From: a virus
Lineage: Duplodnaviria > Caudoviricetes
IMG/VR virus record: IMGVR_UViG_3300048858_000036
Span: 1 to 47,832 of that record
DNA length: 47,832 bases
Strand: one strand, 5' to 3'
Part shown: one piece after another, positions 27,702-36,556 of the stretch
Layout: each line of letters starts with the position of its first letter
Numbering within the stretch: the stretch's first letter is position 1
Notes under the pieces: generated by a model
The model's database searches: none
Told to the model about the DNA's origin: nothing
What the model saw: only the letters and a program-made list of their open reading frames with translations
Made by a program: the position numbers and the translations under genes

Positions 27702-28121
27702 ATGAAATACGCCGTGAAGGTTCACTACGAAGCAGGATCGTACTGGTCCTCGTGCCGAGACATCCCGGAGGCTCACAGCGCGGGTGATACCGAAGAAGAG
27801 CTTCTGACCAACGCAGTCGAAGGGCTCGAACTCGCCTTGACCATTTACGTCGATCAGTCTCGACCTATACCGCTTCCCTCGGCACCGGCTAAGGGCGAGC
27901 GTCTTGTGCATTTGCCTGCGCTGCTGGCGGCAAAGGTCGCGTTGTGGAACGCGATGCGTGAGGCCGGTATGCGCAAGGCTGACTTGGCGAGGTTGCTCCA
28001 GTCGTCACAAACGAAGGTAGATCGCTTGGTCGACTTTGAGCACAGTTCGAAAATTGAGCAGGTCGAAGCGGCGTTGGCAGCATTGGGCAAGCGGCTGACC
28101 CTTTCCGTCGAAGCTGCCTGA
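27702..28121 (+). CDS. hicB: HicB-family antitoxin with C-terminal HTH
   Basis: MKYAV, DIPEAHSAGDT and PIPLPS motifs, then KADLARLL...VDRL HTH. Confidence 0.92.
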   Translation: MKYAVKVHYEAGSYWSSCRDIPEAHSAGDTEEELLTNAVEGLELALTIYVDQSRPIPLPSAPAKGERLVHLPALLAAKVALWNAMREAGMRKADLARLLQSSQTKVDRLVDFEHSSKIEQVEAALAALGKRLTLSVEAA

Positions 28122-28131
28122 CGCTAGAACG

Positions 28132-28156
28132 AAAAGCCCCGCGATTAGCGGGGCTG
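28132..28156. terminator. Terminator between convergent hicB and the membrane protein gene
   Basis: AGCCCCGC-GATTA-GCGGGGCT hairpin with A tract on the left. Confidence 0.7.
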
Positions 28157-28170
28157 AGTCGATGCTGTTG

Positions 28171-28788
28171 TCATTGAGGGGCATTTCGCCTCAGCTTGGA
28201 TCGCTCAGTCCGAGTATGAGCCCATGACTGCTTGAGGTCCTCAAACCGGTCATCTGCCTCCCATCTGGAACCCAACGGCGGCAGGCTATATGTGTCCCTC
28301 AGCGCCTGGGCCAGTAGATACGCTTCATAGCCAAAATAGCCGATAACTTCCGCCTCTTCGTTGTAAACATCGAACGGCGCGAGGGCCTGTTCGTCGACTT
28401 CGTGGAGATGCTGATTTGCCAAAGCTTTTTCAGTCGCAACCCAAGCTAAGCGACTTGCATGCTCGGCATCCAGCGAATGGATCTCTATGTCAGAAACATT
28501 CAGCTCCGGATAGGGACACGACGGCCAATTCATGTAATCCGTGTGGGGATCCAGTTGCTGAACGTGATCCCAATAAGCACGGACATTGACGCGAGTTTGA
28601 AGCACATACAGATCAAGCTTCGCAACTACCCCGATGGCAGAGTACTTCGCCGTCTTCCGCCGTTCCAGAGCCTTGAAAACTCCGTCTTTCAACCACCCAA
28701 TGAACGCCGCTACAACGCCACTGGCCAACACGATTTTCGTGATGTCGATCCATCCGAGGACCGTTTCCGCCACTTGAGGAGTTTCCAT
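28171..28788 (-). CDS. Hypothetical protein with N-terminal transmembrane helix (moron after Q)
   Basis: IVLASGVVAAFIGWL followed by basic ERRK; start METPQV; flanked by terminators. Confidence 0.78.
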   Translation of the reverse strand: METPQVAETVLGWIDITKIVLASGVVAAFIGWLKDGVFKALERRKTAKYSAIGVVAKLDLYVLQTRVNVRAYWDHVQQLDPHTDYMNWPSCPYPELNVSDIEIHSLDAEHASRLAWVATEKALANQHLHEVDEQALAPFDVYNEEAEVIGYFGYEAYLLAQALRDTYSLPPLGSRWEADDRFEDLKQSWAHTRTERSKLRRNAPQ

Positions 28789-28801
28789 TTCCCTTGCCCA
28801 T

Positions 28802-28829
28802 AAAAAACCCGGCTCAGTATGGCCGGGTT
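28802..28829 (-). terminator. Probable tR'-like terminator downstream of Q
   Basis: Minus strand AACCCGGC-CATACTGA-GCCGGGTT followed by T tract. Confidence 0.75.
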
Positions 28830-28912
28830 CTTCGCTGTTGTGTGGGTGTCGCGCTGAATCAGCTGAACACCGTGCCATGAAAACAGGTGTTTATCCGCGA
28901 GGAAAGAACTTT

Positions 28913-29302
28913 CTACGCGGCCTCGCGAACCTGCTCAATGGCGCAGTCAATCCACGCGACTCCGGCCTTTATGATCTCCCGGGCCTTGGCCTCGCCCATC
29001 TTGGTCTCCCTCCCGATGCGAAGCGCTGGCCACTTCATCCCGAAGTACATCCAGACGAAGCCGCCCATTTGCGGATCGCGCTTGCTCAGCTTGGCCACCG
29101 CGCTGTCGACAACCAGCGCGACGTCGTCGGTGATGACGAATTCTGCCGTACCACCCTCACCTGCCGTGTTGTCTCGAATGAGCGCATACAGCGGCGACAC
29201 GTAGCGCGGCACGCCCATGCCGGACATCCGCCACCAGCCCCATTGCTCCAGCAGGTATTCGGTGTCGCCCAGCGGCTTGCCCAGATACGTTCGTTTTTTC
29301 AT
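28913..29302 (-). CDS. Q: Late antiterminator Q
   Basis: LLEQWGWW, ITDDVALVVDSAVAKL and AGVAWID motifs; sits at the end of the early operon ahead of the lysis genes. Confidence 0.88.
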   Translation of the reverse strand: MKKRTYLGKPLGDTEYLLEQWGWWRMSGMGVPRYVSPLYALIRDNTAGEGGTAEFVITDDVALVVDSAVAKLSKRDPQMGGFVWMYFGMKWPALRIGRETKMGEAKAREIIKAGVAWIDCAIEQVREAA

Positions 29303-29583
29303 GCTGCCTTCCTCGGCTCTGGTTCATTCAGGCCGAACAGCTCACGCAGGAGCTGATCGGCGACTTTGTTCTTTGCGTGCCCTTCGGTGATCCACCGCCC
29401 GGCGTAAGCCTGAAACCCGAGGCTGCCACGGTGGTTGCCCCAGTCAGCGACCAGATCCATCAATGCCGCTGCGCCGATCCGGCCGTTGGGCTTGTCCAGC
29501 AAAAGCCGGTTGCCTTGTTTCAGGAAATCCCGCTCCCCAGAGGTCAGGATCTTGCGTGGTAATGCTGCGGTTACTTCACTCAT
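29299..29583 (-). CDS. Hypothetical protein
   Basis: AGGAG RBS, start MSEVTA; overlaps both neighbours. Confidence 0.75.
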   Translation of the reverse strand: MSEVTAALPRKILTSGERDFLKQGNRLLLDKPNGRIGAAALMDLVADWGNHRGSLGFQAYAGRWITEGHAKNKVADQLLRELFGLNEPEPRKAA

Positions 29584-30925
29584 GGTCGTCTCCTGGCTGG
29601 GCTTGGGCGGCGCCTTTTTCAATATGGCTCCTCCCTTGGGATGGATGCTGGTTTGCGCTGAAAGCCCCGGACTCAAAGGGCTGCACGCGCGTACATACCG
29701 CAGGCTGTCCCGCATATGTCCCACCGTGGAGCAGGGCGAAACCTTGGTTGTCGAGGTGCTGATGCCATGCCTCCAACGCCTTGCGCTTCATGCCCTCGGC
29801 GGTGGTGTGGATGTAGGTCGCGTCCAGATCCTTCATGGCGTGGTTCAGCAGCATCTCGCCGACCATGTAATCGACGCCCAGATCAGCCCACGCGGTGCGG
29901 GCCACCTTGCGCAGGTCATGGCTCGACCAGTCACCCTTGCTCACGCTGGTGAACACCGTGCACGCCTTGCTGGCACTCAATGCCGACCCGTTGCTGCCGG
30001 GAAACAGGAAAGGCCCGCTGTAGCCGGTCGAGTGCTGTCGTGCGCGGTAACGCTGTAGGAGCGCGCAGGCCTGCTCGGTCAGCGGCAACGCGTGCTCGGC
30101 CTTGGTCTTCGTGTCGCCGGCGGGGATGAACCATTGCCGGGTCACGAGGTTGAGGTTCTTCCAGCGGGCCAGCCGGGTTTCCCCGAGCCGCGTGCCGTGA
30201 CAGAGCATCATCAGCGGCAGCATGGACTGCACCGGCACGGCGTCGAACTGCCCAGCGAACGTCTGTAGCAGCTGCGGCAGGTCATCACCACGCAGGCGCG
30301 CAGCCTTGGGCCTGATCCGCGTCCGCACGAAGTCGGTGAACTTGAGATCGGTCATCGGGTTGACGTCGAGCAGCTTTAACCGGGCCGCTTGCCGAAACGC
30401 CGCCGCCAGCACGCCGTAAACCGAGCGCACGAACGACAACGCGTATTTCTCCTGCATGGGCCACATCAGCAGGCGGTCGAGCGAGGACCGATTGAGGCTG
30501 GCCAGCTCCAGTTCGTGAAGGCGCGGCACCAGGTGACAGCGCAGCGCCGACTGCGCGCTGGCCTTGCGCTTGGCCGACAAGCCACGGTCCCGCGTCATCC
30601 GGTCGGTGTACCAAGTCAGCACGTCGCCAACGGTGCGCCAACTGGTGGTGGTGGAAGCCGCTGTCGCGTCCACGGCTCGGCGTGCGAGGATGTCGGGCAG
30701 CGTGGCCTGCATCAGCTTGGCGTTGATGCCGGGATAACTGCCGGCCTTGCCCCACTTGCCGCTGACCACGACATGCCAGGATCCCTTGGCGCGGTCGACG
30801 GTCGAATAGCGCAAACGCAGCTGGGGATGACGAGGATCACGCAGCTGACGAACGCCGGTGGCCGCCTGTTTGCGGATCTCGGCGTCGGTGATTGCGACCC
30901 ATACGGTTTTGGCTGTCTTACTCAT
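29576..30925 (-). CDS. Second tyrosine recombinase (integrase family) in the early lytic operon
   Basis: GTRLGE (R), KTK (K), HDLR (HxxR), LLNH (H) and ATYIH (Y); integrase-like N-terminal and core-binding regions. Confidence 0.9.
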   Translation of the reverse strand: MSKTAKTVWVAITDAEIRKQAATGVRQLRDPRHPQLRLRYSTVDRAKGSWHVVVSGKWGKAGSYPGINAKLMQATLPDILARRAVDATAASTTTSWRTVGDVLTWYTDRMTRDRGLSAKRKASAQSALRCHLVPRLHELELASLNRSSLDRLLMWPMQEKYALSFVRSVYGVLAAAFRQAARLKLLDVNPMTDLKFTDFVRTRIRPKAARLRGDDLPQLLQTFAGQFDAVPVQSMLPLMMLCHGTRLGETRLARWKNLNLVTRQWFIPAGDTKTKAEHALPLTEQACALLQRYRARQHSTGYSGPFLFPGSNGSALSASKACTVFTSVSKGDWSSHDLRKVARTAWADLGVDYMVGEMLLNHAMKDLDATYIHTTAEGMKRKALEAWHQHLDNQGFALLHGGTYAGQPAVCTRVQPFESGAFSANQHPSQGRSHIEKGAAQAQPGDDHE

Positions 30926-32297
30926 CGTCCGGGCCTCCTCGATGGTTGCGGCCGGTGAACTTCAGGACCCGGCCTATTTCCACCTCTTCGTCGCTCGGCG
31001 GCTTCCCACCAAACGGCACGAAGCGCACGAACTGCCCCTGCGCCTGCACCAGACACGTTCCCGCCTTGCCGTGGCGGCACTTGCCGACGATCAGCTCCGT
31101 GACGCCATTTGCTCCCTCGTCGGTATCCGTGTCGCGATGAACGAGGATGACGACGTCGGCGTCCTGCTCGATCTGCCCGCTGTCGCGGATATCGCTTGGC
31201 CGTGGTCGCTTGTCCGGGCGATTGGTGGGGCCACGGTTGAGCTGCGCCAGCACGATCACTGGCACCTTCAACTCTTTGGCCAGATTCTTCAGTGCGGTGG
31301 AGATCTTGCCGACCTCCAGCGTGCGGTTCTGCCCGCCTTCGCCCGCGATTAGGGTGATGTAGTCAACGACGATCACGTCCAGCCCTTCGTGCCGCTGGCA
31401 CTGGCGCGCGATCGAGCGAATGCGCGCGACGGTCATGCCGGCCTGATCGCAAACGTACAGCCGGGCTTTGTGCAGGACACTCACCGCGCTGGTGATGCGC
31501 GGCCAGTCTTCATCCTTCAACGAATGGCCTTCGTCCAGCCGGGTCAGGTCGACCGCGCCCAGCGAGGCGATATTGCGAGTCACCAGCTCTTCCTTGGTCA
31601 TCTCCAGACTGAACACCAAGCCGGACCCGCCGAGCTGGGTGGTGGAGTGCTGGGCCATTTGCACTCCGAGGATCGTCTTGCCGGACGCTGGGAGGCCAGC
31701 CACGACGACCATGTTGCCAGGACGCAGGCCACGGATCAGCTTGTCCAGATCGGGTATCCCGGTCGAGAGCCCCTTCGGCGCCGTGCCCGAGAACTTCGAA
31801 TCGATGGTGTCGATGACTTTGGGCAGGATGTCGCCCACCTTGTGATAGTCCGGCTCGCCGTCGTCAAGGTCGCGCAGATCGGCCATGGCCTGCTGGCCGC
31901 GCGCGATGATCTCGGCTACGGGCAGGTCATCATTGGCTGATTGGCTGATCGTGTAAGCCGTCTCCACCACCTTGCGCAGCACAGCACGTTCACGAATCAC
32001 CCGGGCGTAGGTTTTCCAGCTCGAGGTGCCCTGCGCGTTTGACTGGATGGTCGCGGCGTAGCCCAACATGCTGCTGCCGTCGGGAAGGTACGGGTGGTGC
32101 TCGCTCACCATGATCACGTCGACTGGGTCGCCCGCTTCGTGACAATCCAAAATGGCCCGGTACAGCGCCGCGTTCTCGATCTCATGGAAGTCGGCGATCT
32201 CCACCTTTGAGCGGACCTCGTCAATCAGCGTGGGGTCGACGAATATCGCGCCGAGCAGCCCGTGCTCGGCGTCTACGTTGAACAGTTCGCGGCTCAT
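30918..32297 (-). CDS. dnaB: Replicative helicase, DnaB family
   Basis: AGLPASGKT, FSLEM, VVDYI, LAQLNR and IRDSGQIEQDAD motifs; start MSRELF. Confidence 0.95.
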   Translation of the reverse strand: MSRELFNVDAEHGLLGAIFVDPTLIDEVRSKVEIADFHEIENAALYRAILDCHEAGDPVDVIMVSEHHPYLPDGSSMLGYAATIQSNAQGTSSWKTYARVIRERAVLRKVVETAYTISQSANDDLPVAEIIARGQQAMADLRDLDDGEPDYHKVGDILPKVIDTIDSKFSGTAPKGLSTGIPDLDKLIRGLRPGNMVVVAGLPASGKTILGVQMAQHSTTQLGGSGLVFSLEMTKEELVTRNIASLGAVDLTRLDEGHSLKDEDWPRITSAVSVLHKARLYVCDQAGMTVARIRSIARQCQRHEGLDVIVVDYITLIAGEGGQNRTLEVGKISTALKNLAKELKVPVIVLAQLNRGPTNRPDKRPRPSDIRDSGQIEQDADVVILVHRDTDTDEGANGVTELIVGKCRHGKAGTCLVQAQGQFVRFVPFGGKPPSDEEVEIGRVLKFTGRNHRGGPDDE

Positions 32298-33076
32298 GCG
32301 GCACCCCGCGCGGACGGCCAGCGGAACAGCACCACCAGCCCGCCTTTGTCGCGCAGACGGTCGACTGCTCGGTCGCCCAGGCATTGCCGAAGATCGGCCA
32401 TGCCGAGGTTGCTCACCACGATTGTCGGCCGGAGTTGCTCGTACCGGCCGTTGATGACTTCAAACAGCACGGTGCGCTCGAAGTCGGTGCCGTGTTGAAC
32501 GCCAACCTCGTCGATGACCAGCAAATGCGGTCGGACTAGATCGGCGTAGACCTGCGATTCTGTTTTGCTCGGCGAGCCGAAGGTGTCCTTCACGCTACGA
32601 ATGATTCCGCCGGCGGTGGCGTAGCGGCCGACCAGGCCCTGCGAGCCGAAGTGGCGGATGACCTGCTGCAGGATGCCGGTCGCGAGATGCGTCTTGCCGG
32701 TACCGACCTGGCCCAGCAGCATCATCGAGCGACCGACGAGGAAGTTCTCACTGAAGGCGTCGATGTAACCGGTCGCCGTGCTCCAGGCTTGAAGCTTGCC
32801 CTGATCTTGGCCCGCAGCCCATGTATCCAGCGAGCAGCTCTGAAAGCGCAACGGGATCCCGGCGTCCAGCAAACGCTCATTCATCTGACGGTCACGGTGC
32901 AACGTCACGCCAGCCGTGCGGGTTTCGTATTCCTGCGCGTGGCGTTTGTCGAAATGGCAGCGTGGGCAGCCGTACCAAGCTGGCTCAGCGCCGAACTGCT
33001 CGACCAGCGAATCGGTGAATTGGCCGTGATCCGGGCAGTCCCGAGGCGCGGCTTCAATCGTGTATTTGATCTTCAT
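32294..33076 (-). CDS. DnaC/IstB-like helicase loader ATPase
   Basis: CPDHG...CPRC zinc motif, GQVGTGKTH, LLVIDEVG, VSNL and DRLR. Confidence 0.9.
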   Translation of the reverse strand: MKIKYTIEAAPRDCPDHGQFTDSLVEQFGAEPAWYGCPRCHFDKRHAQEYETRTAGVTLHRDRQMNERLLDAGIPLRFQSCSLDTWAAGQDQGKLQAWSTATGYIDAFSENFLVGRSMMLLGQVGTGKTHLATGILQQVIRHFGSQGLVGRYATAGGIIRSVKDTFGSPSKTESQVYADLVRPHLLVIDEVGVQHGTDFERTVLFEVINGRYEQLRPTIVVSNLGMADLRQCLGDRAVDRLRDKGGLVVLFRWPSARGAA

Positions 33077-33825
33077 TGGCCGCTCCCCGCGATCCGAAAG
33101 TTGCCGTTCTCGTCGCGCTCCAGGCCTTCCTCGTAGTCGATCTGGTCGAAACCGCTGTGACGGGAACGCGCGGCGACAGCCGCGGGTTGCAGTTCGTCTT
33201 CCCAACGCTTGCCGTTGAGCCAGCTGGTCGGGTGTGGGATGAACTGACCATTGCTCTTCAGCCAGTCGATGCTGGTCACTTGGCGCGCCAGCGCGGCGGT
33301 GATGACAGTGAACATTTCCGGCGTGACGGCCAGCTTCTCCCATGCGGCCTTTGCCTTGGCCTTTTGGACCTTGCGTGGATACAGCTTCCAGAACACTGCG
33401 AACCCTTCCTGTGGGTCGGTTTCGCACACAGGTTTTGGTTCCTTGACTGGTTCAGAAGGGTGACTGGTTCTGGGGGCAGCTCCTGCCCCACCCCCTGGGT
33501 TATCTCCTGCCCCAGGTGGGTTATCTCCTGCCCCACCCCCTAGGGCATTTGCTGCCCCACCATCAAGTGACAAGTGGAAGAGGTTGGACTGATTCAGCTC
33601 GCCCTTGCGGCGGTATTCCCGGCGCAGATATCCGGCCTTCTCCAGTTCACGAATGTGCAGCTTTACCGTGGAGCGGCCGATCTCGCACTGGTCAGCGATA
33701 TGCTGATACGACGGCCAGCACTCCCCCTGGTCGTTCGCGTTGTCAGCCAGCTTGATCAGCACCAGCTTGCGCAGGGGATTCCCCACCTTTGTTTTCATGG
33801 CCTTGACCATCGACTCCATGCTCAT
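33073..33825 (-). CDS. Replication initiator (O-like, HTH)
   Basis: KLVLIKLADNAND-G-CWPS HTH, FWKLYPRK and HPTSWLNGKRWEDE motifs. Confidence 0.9.
   Translation of the reverse strand: MSMESMVKAMKTKVGNPLRKLVLIKLADNANDQGECWPSYQHIADQCEIGRSTVKLHIRELEKAGYLRREYRRKGELNQSNLFHLSLDGGAANALGGGAGDNPPGAGDNPGGGAGAAPRTSHPSEPVKEPKPVCETDPQEGFAVFWKLYPRKVQKAKAKAAWEKLAVTPEMFTVITAALARQVTSIDWLKSNGQFIPHPTSWLNGKRWEDELQPAAVAARSRHSGFDQIDYEEGLERDENGNFRIAGSGQ
33471..33561. repeat. Iteron array, probable replication origin
   Basis: CTGCCCCA ends at 33490, 33514, 33535 and 33559 (24/21/24 spacing); two exact 19-mers TGGGTTATCTCCTGCCCCA; one inverted partial copy at 33471-33479. Confidence 0.8.
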
Positions 33826-34472
33826 TGCAGGGTCTCCCCGTTCGGGCGGCAGGCGCGGGATACAACATCAGCCATGCTTTCGATGCTCCCCCCCGACATC
33901 CGCAGAACGAGCAGACGCAGAGCCGTCAGCGAGTTCTTCATGGGGATAATGCAGTCACGAAAATCCTGAGAACTCATCTGGTGATCCGCCCCGAGAACAC
34001 TGGTTTGAGCGACGTCGGTGCCGTTGAACGCCATACAGGCGAGCGTTAAGTCGTCGAACGCATCGAAGTACTCAACGCCCATAAGTGCGCGGCGCTCGGG
34101 CGGCTCAGGCAGAACCCGAGATGTTGGCTGTTGGATATCAGCGGGCTTCGTCTGGTCGCAGTTGACGCCGAGTGCAAGTCTAAGGCGACGGGTTTGCTCT
34201 TCCTGAATGCTGCGCGGCTCAACACCGATAATCCGCCGAGCCAGCACCCGGGCGCAGATCTGCCCTTCTAAAGCGCTGCAGTAGGCTTCCTGCTGGTTTG
34301 AACCCCAGTGATCGCGCGAACCTTCTTCGTCAGGGTTGCCAACTATCTCAACAGTGCTGTCGAGGAGGTTCCAGATTCGGTAAGCCAACTGCTCGTTGGT
34401 GAGCAGGCTCATCGTCTCGTCGTTAATGTGCACGGCGTCAGCAGGGGTTTGGAAATCGATATCGGTACTCAT
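33822..34472 (-). CDS. Hypothetical phage protein
   Basis: 216-aa ORF with 4-bp overlaps at both ends. Confidence 0.75.
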   Translation of the reverse strand: MSTDIDFQTPADAVHINDETMSLLTNEQLAYRIWNLLDSTVEIVGNPDEEGSRDHWGSNQQEAYCSALEGQICARVLARRIIGVEPRSIQEEQTRRLRLALGVNCDQTKPADIQQPTSRVLPEPPERRALMGVEYFDAFDDLTLACMAFNGTDVAQTSVLGADHQMSSQDFRDCIIPMKNSLTALRLLVLRMSGGSIESMADVVSRACRPNGETLQ

Positions 34473-35233
34473 TGGGGCGCCTGCTGGGCCAGACGGAACC
34501 GGCCCTCGAAATATGGGTTGGTAGCCTGGGTGGCGGTGACCATCTGGGATTCGGAGACAAACCGGTTAAACGCGGCCAGCACGTCCGTTTTGTGCCACAC
34601 CACGTATTGGCTGCCCTTCGCGTCTTCATGCCCGTTTCGGACCATCCCTGCTTGCTTGGGCATGTGCGGCCACTGCTGGAGCACGAACGTCACCGTGATC
34701 CCCGACAGCCCGAACCGCTTGTTCATGCTTTGTTTGATTCGCCCCAGCGGCACGCAGTTTTGGGGGCAGTGATCCCACGTTCGCTGCTCGGCAATGACCT
34801 CGACCCGGCGCTCGATCCGCTCGATCGCCACCTGCTGCTCAGCCTGCTGCTGCTCGATGTTGATCATCGCTTGGGCCTGAGCCAGCAATTTCTCACCAGG
34901 AGTCATCGGCCGCTGATAGCTCCCTGTTTTGCGGATGGTCGGTAGGACCTCGCCCACCACCCACTCTTCGAATGCCTCGGCCGCAGGAAGACGCGAGCGC
35001 ATCACCAGACGATAAACGTCGCGTTCAGGGATAACCTTTACGTGGCGGACCTGACCCGTGATTTCGACGGGGCAGGTCTGAGCTCCTTTGCAGTGGGTGC
35101 GGATCGCTTGATCGGTATCGACGTAGTCCAACAACTCGGCAACATCACGAGCGATGAACCAGGCCTCGCCATTGTCATCAGTGATGACGCGAACGTCGGC
35201 GCCGTTGAAATCGAAATTCACAAGAGAACTCAT
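34469..35233 (-). CDS. BRO-N domain antirepressor-like protein
   Basis: WFIARDVAELL, IPERDVYRLVMRS and WVVGEVLPTIRKTGSY motifs. Confidence 0.9.
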   Translation of the reverse strand: MSSLVNFDFNGADVRVITDDNGEAWFIARDVAELLDYVDTDQAIRTHCKGAQTCPVEITGQVRHVKVIPERDVYRLVMRSRLPAAEAFEEWVVGEVLPTIRKTGSYQRPMTPGEKLLAQAQAMINIEQQQAEQQVAIERIERRVEVIAEQRTWDHCPQNCVPLGRIKQSMNKRFGLSGITVTFVLQQWPHMPKQAGMVRNGHEDAKGSQYVVWHKTDVLAAFNRFVSESQMVTATQATNPYFEGRFRLAQQAPQ

Positions 35234-35520
35234 CGGGAGCCCCCAACATGGACCGCATCGTGCGAAGCGCCGGCGTAACGGCTTTTCCACAAAAAGTTGC
35301 CACTGGCGAACTGAATGGATTCGATACGTCGTTCAATCTCGGTGGCCATTGGATTTTTCCAACCACCACTGAGCGACGGAACAATCTGTGTCAGCAGGAT
35401 GGTGCGCAGCTCTCGAAACGTTTCGCGCGCCTCGTTCATCCGGGCCATCTGCTCGGCGCTGACAGTCACGTCGGATACGACCTCGCCTTCGATGACGAGC
35501 ACAGTAGGCAGGGTATTCAT
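35230..35520 (-). CDS. Hypothetical phage protein
   Basis: 4-bp overlaps with both neighbours. Confidence 0.72.
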   Translation of the reverse strand: MNTLPTVLVIEGEVVSDVTVSAEQMARMNEARETFRELRTILLTQIVPSLSGGWKNPMATEIERRIESIQFASGNFLWKSRYAGASHDAVHVGGSR

Positions 35521-35849
35521 TGCCCACCCCCGTCCGCTTTCGGAGCGATGCCACGCTGGACCGACCAGACAAGCGCGCTGGCGGCCTCAGCGATGAACAC
35601 CAAGGTTTTCATGCCGTCGCAATAAGCTGTCTCGCCCATATTGAGTGAGTCATGAATATGACTGCAGATCTGGCCCAGGCCAGAAGTCAGGGTTTTAGCT
35701 GTTTGCAGTGCGTCCTCGGCCTTGATGCCCGCGGCTACGTTGAAAACCATCAGGCCTCGGTTGTCTAACGGGGTATCACTAAAACCTGATTCCACCGTGA
35801 GACCCTGTTGCACTACTGGCGATGTTTTGCTATTTTCGGGGCGTGACAT
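35517..35849 (-). CDS. Hypothetical protein (DUF3077-like)
   Basis: AGGAG RBS; FNVAAGIKAEDAL...ALVWSV pattern. Confidence 0.7.
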   Translation of the reverse strand: MSRPENSKTSPVVQQGLTVESGFSDTPLDNRGLMVFNVAAGIKAEDALQTAKTLTSGLGQICSHIHDSLNMGETAYCDGMKTLVFIAEAASALVWSVQRGIAPKADGGGQ

Positions 35850-35902
35850 ATCGTTCTCCTGGAACGAAGATTTACGAAAGTCCCTGGCAGGGGACTGGAT
35901 TG

Positions 35903-35928
35903 AAAGGCTCCCGAAGGGGGGCCTTTTT
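35903..35928. terminator. Terminator-like hairpin downstream of cro (tR1 position)
   Basis: AAAGGCTCCC-GAA-GGGGGGCCTTTTT. Confidence 0.6.
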
Positions 35929-36157
35929 GCTGCCCGCGATTTAGCCGGTCAACAAATACTGCGATTGGCGGTTGTTCATTTCAGTCACTCATAGAATCGG
36001 CAAACGCCAATTGATGGAAGGCCCTGAACCGGGCCGGTGTTTAAAGAATGCAGATTCAGCGATTTCCAATCCACTGAACTCAATGCAGTTACTGAGTGCG
36101 TGCAGGAAAGCAAATTCGCGGCAGCTGCTCCGCAGCAGCAGCAGCGAGAGCTGGCGA

Positions 36158-36451
36158 TCACTGAACGCTTCCGATACTGGATGCCTGAACAGACCCACTG
36201 AGGTGCTGTGATTGAGGCGCTATCAGAGACACAATCGCTTCAAGGTCGGGGGAAGCCTTCACTGAGGATCCGCCTGATGGAAAGGGCTTCAGCTCAACAG
36301 CCTCAAAATCCCCCCCTTGCTTTTCCTGTACAAAAATATGGCGCCCAGTCTTGAGAGCCTTACTGACAGCAGCCTGAGTTGTTCCGAGGATTTTTGCGGC
36401 TTCGCCTTGCCCTTTCTGGGTCGCGAATTCCGCCAAGGCAATGCGAGTCAT
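36158..36451 (-). CDS. cro: Cro-like repressor
   Basis: GQGEAAKILGTTQAAVSKAL HTH and ELKPFPS, as in lambda Cro; divergent from cI. Confidence 0.92.
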   Translation of the reverse strand: MTRIALAEFATQKGQGEAAKILGTTQAAVSKALKTGRHIFVQEKQGGDFEAVELKPFPSGGSSVKASPDLEAIVSLIAPQSQHLSGSVQASSIGSVQ

Positions 36452-36480
36452 GTGCTCACCTGAATTTGGCTATTACACGA

Positions 36481-36550
36481 AATATAACCATAAGTATCAT
36501 ACAGGTCAATACCGCTGGTTTTTTGAATTAAAATACCTTTGGTATAGGAT
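36481..36550. promoter_or_regulatory. OR-like switch: three operators plus divergent promoters
   Basis: 13-bp sites TAACCATAAGTAT (36485), ATACCGCTGGTTT (36509) and ATACCTTTGGTAT (36533), 24 bp apart. Minus-strand TTGACC-N17-TATATT and plus-strand TTGAAT-N16-TAGGAT. Confidence 0.85.
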
Positions 36551-36556
36551 TGCACG

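Noticed and set aside
33471-33561. Repeats considered as a mini CRISPR array
   Set aside because: Units are short, nearly adjacent, in frame inside a coding gene, and no cas genes are present; iterons explain them.
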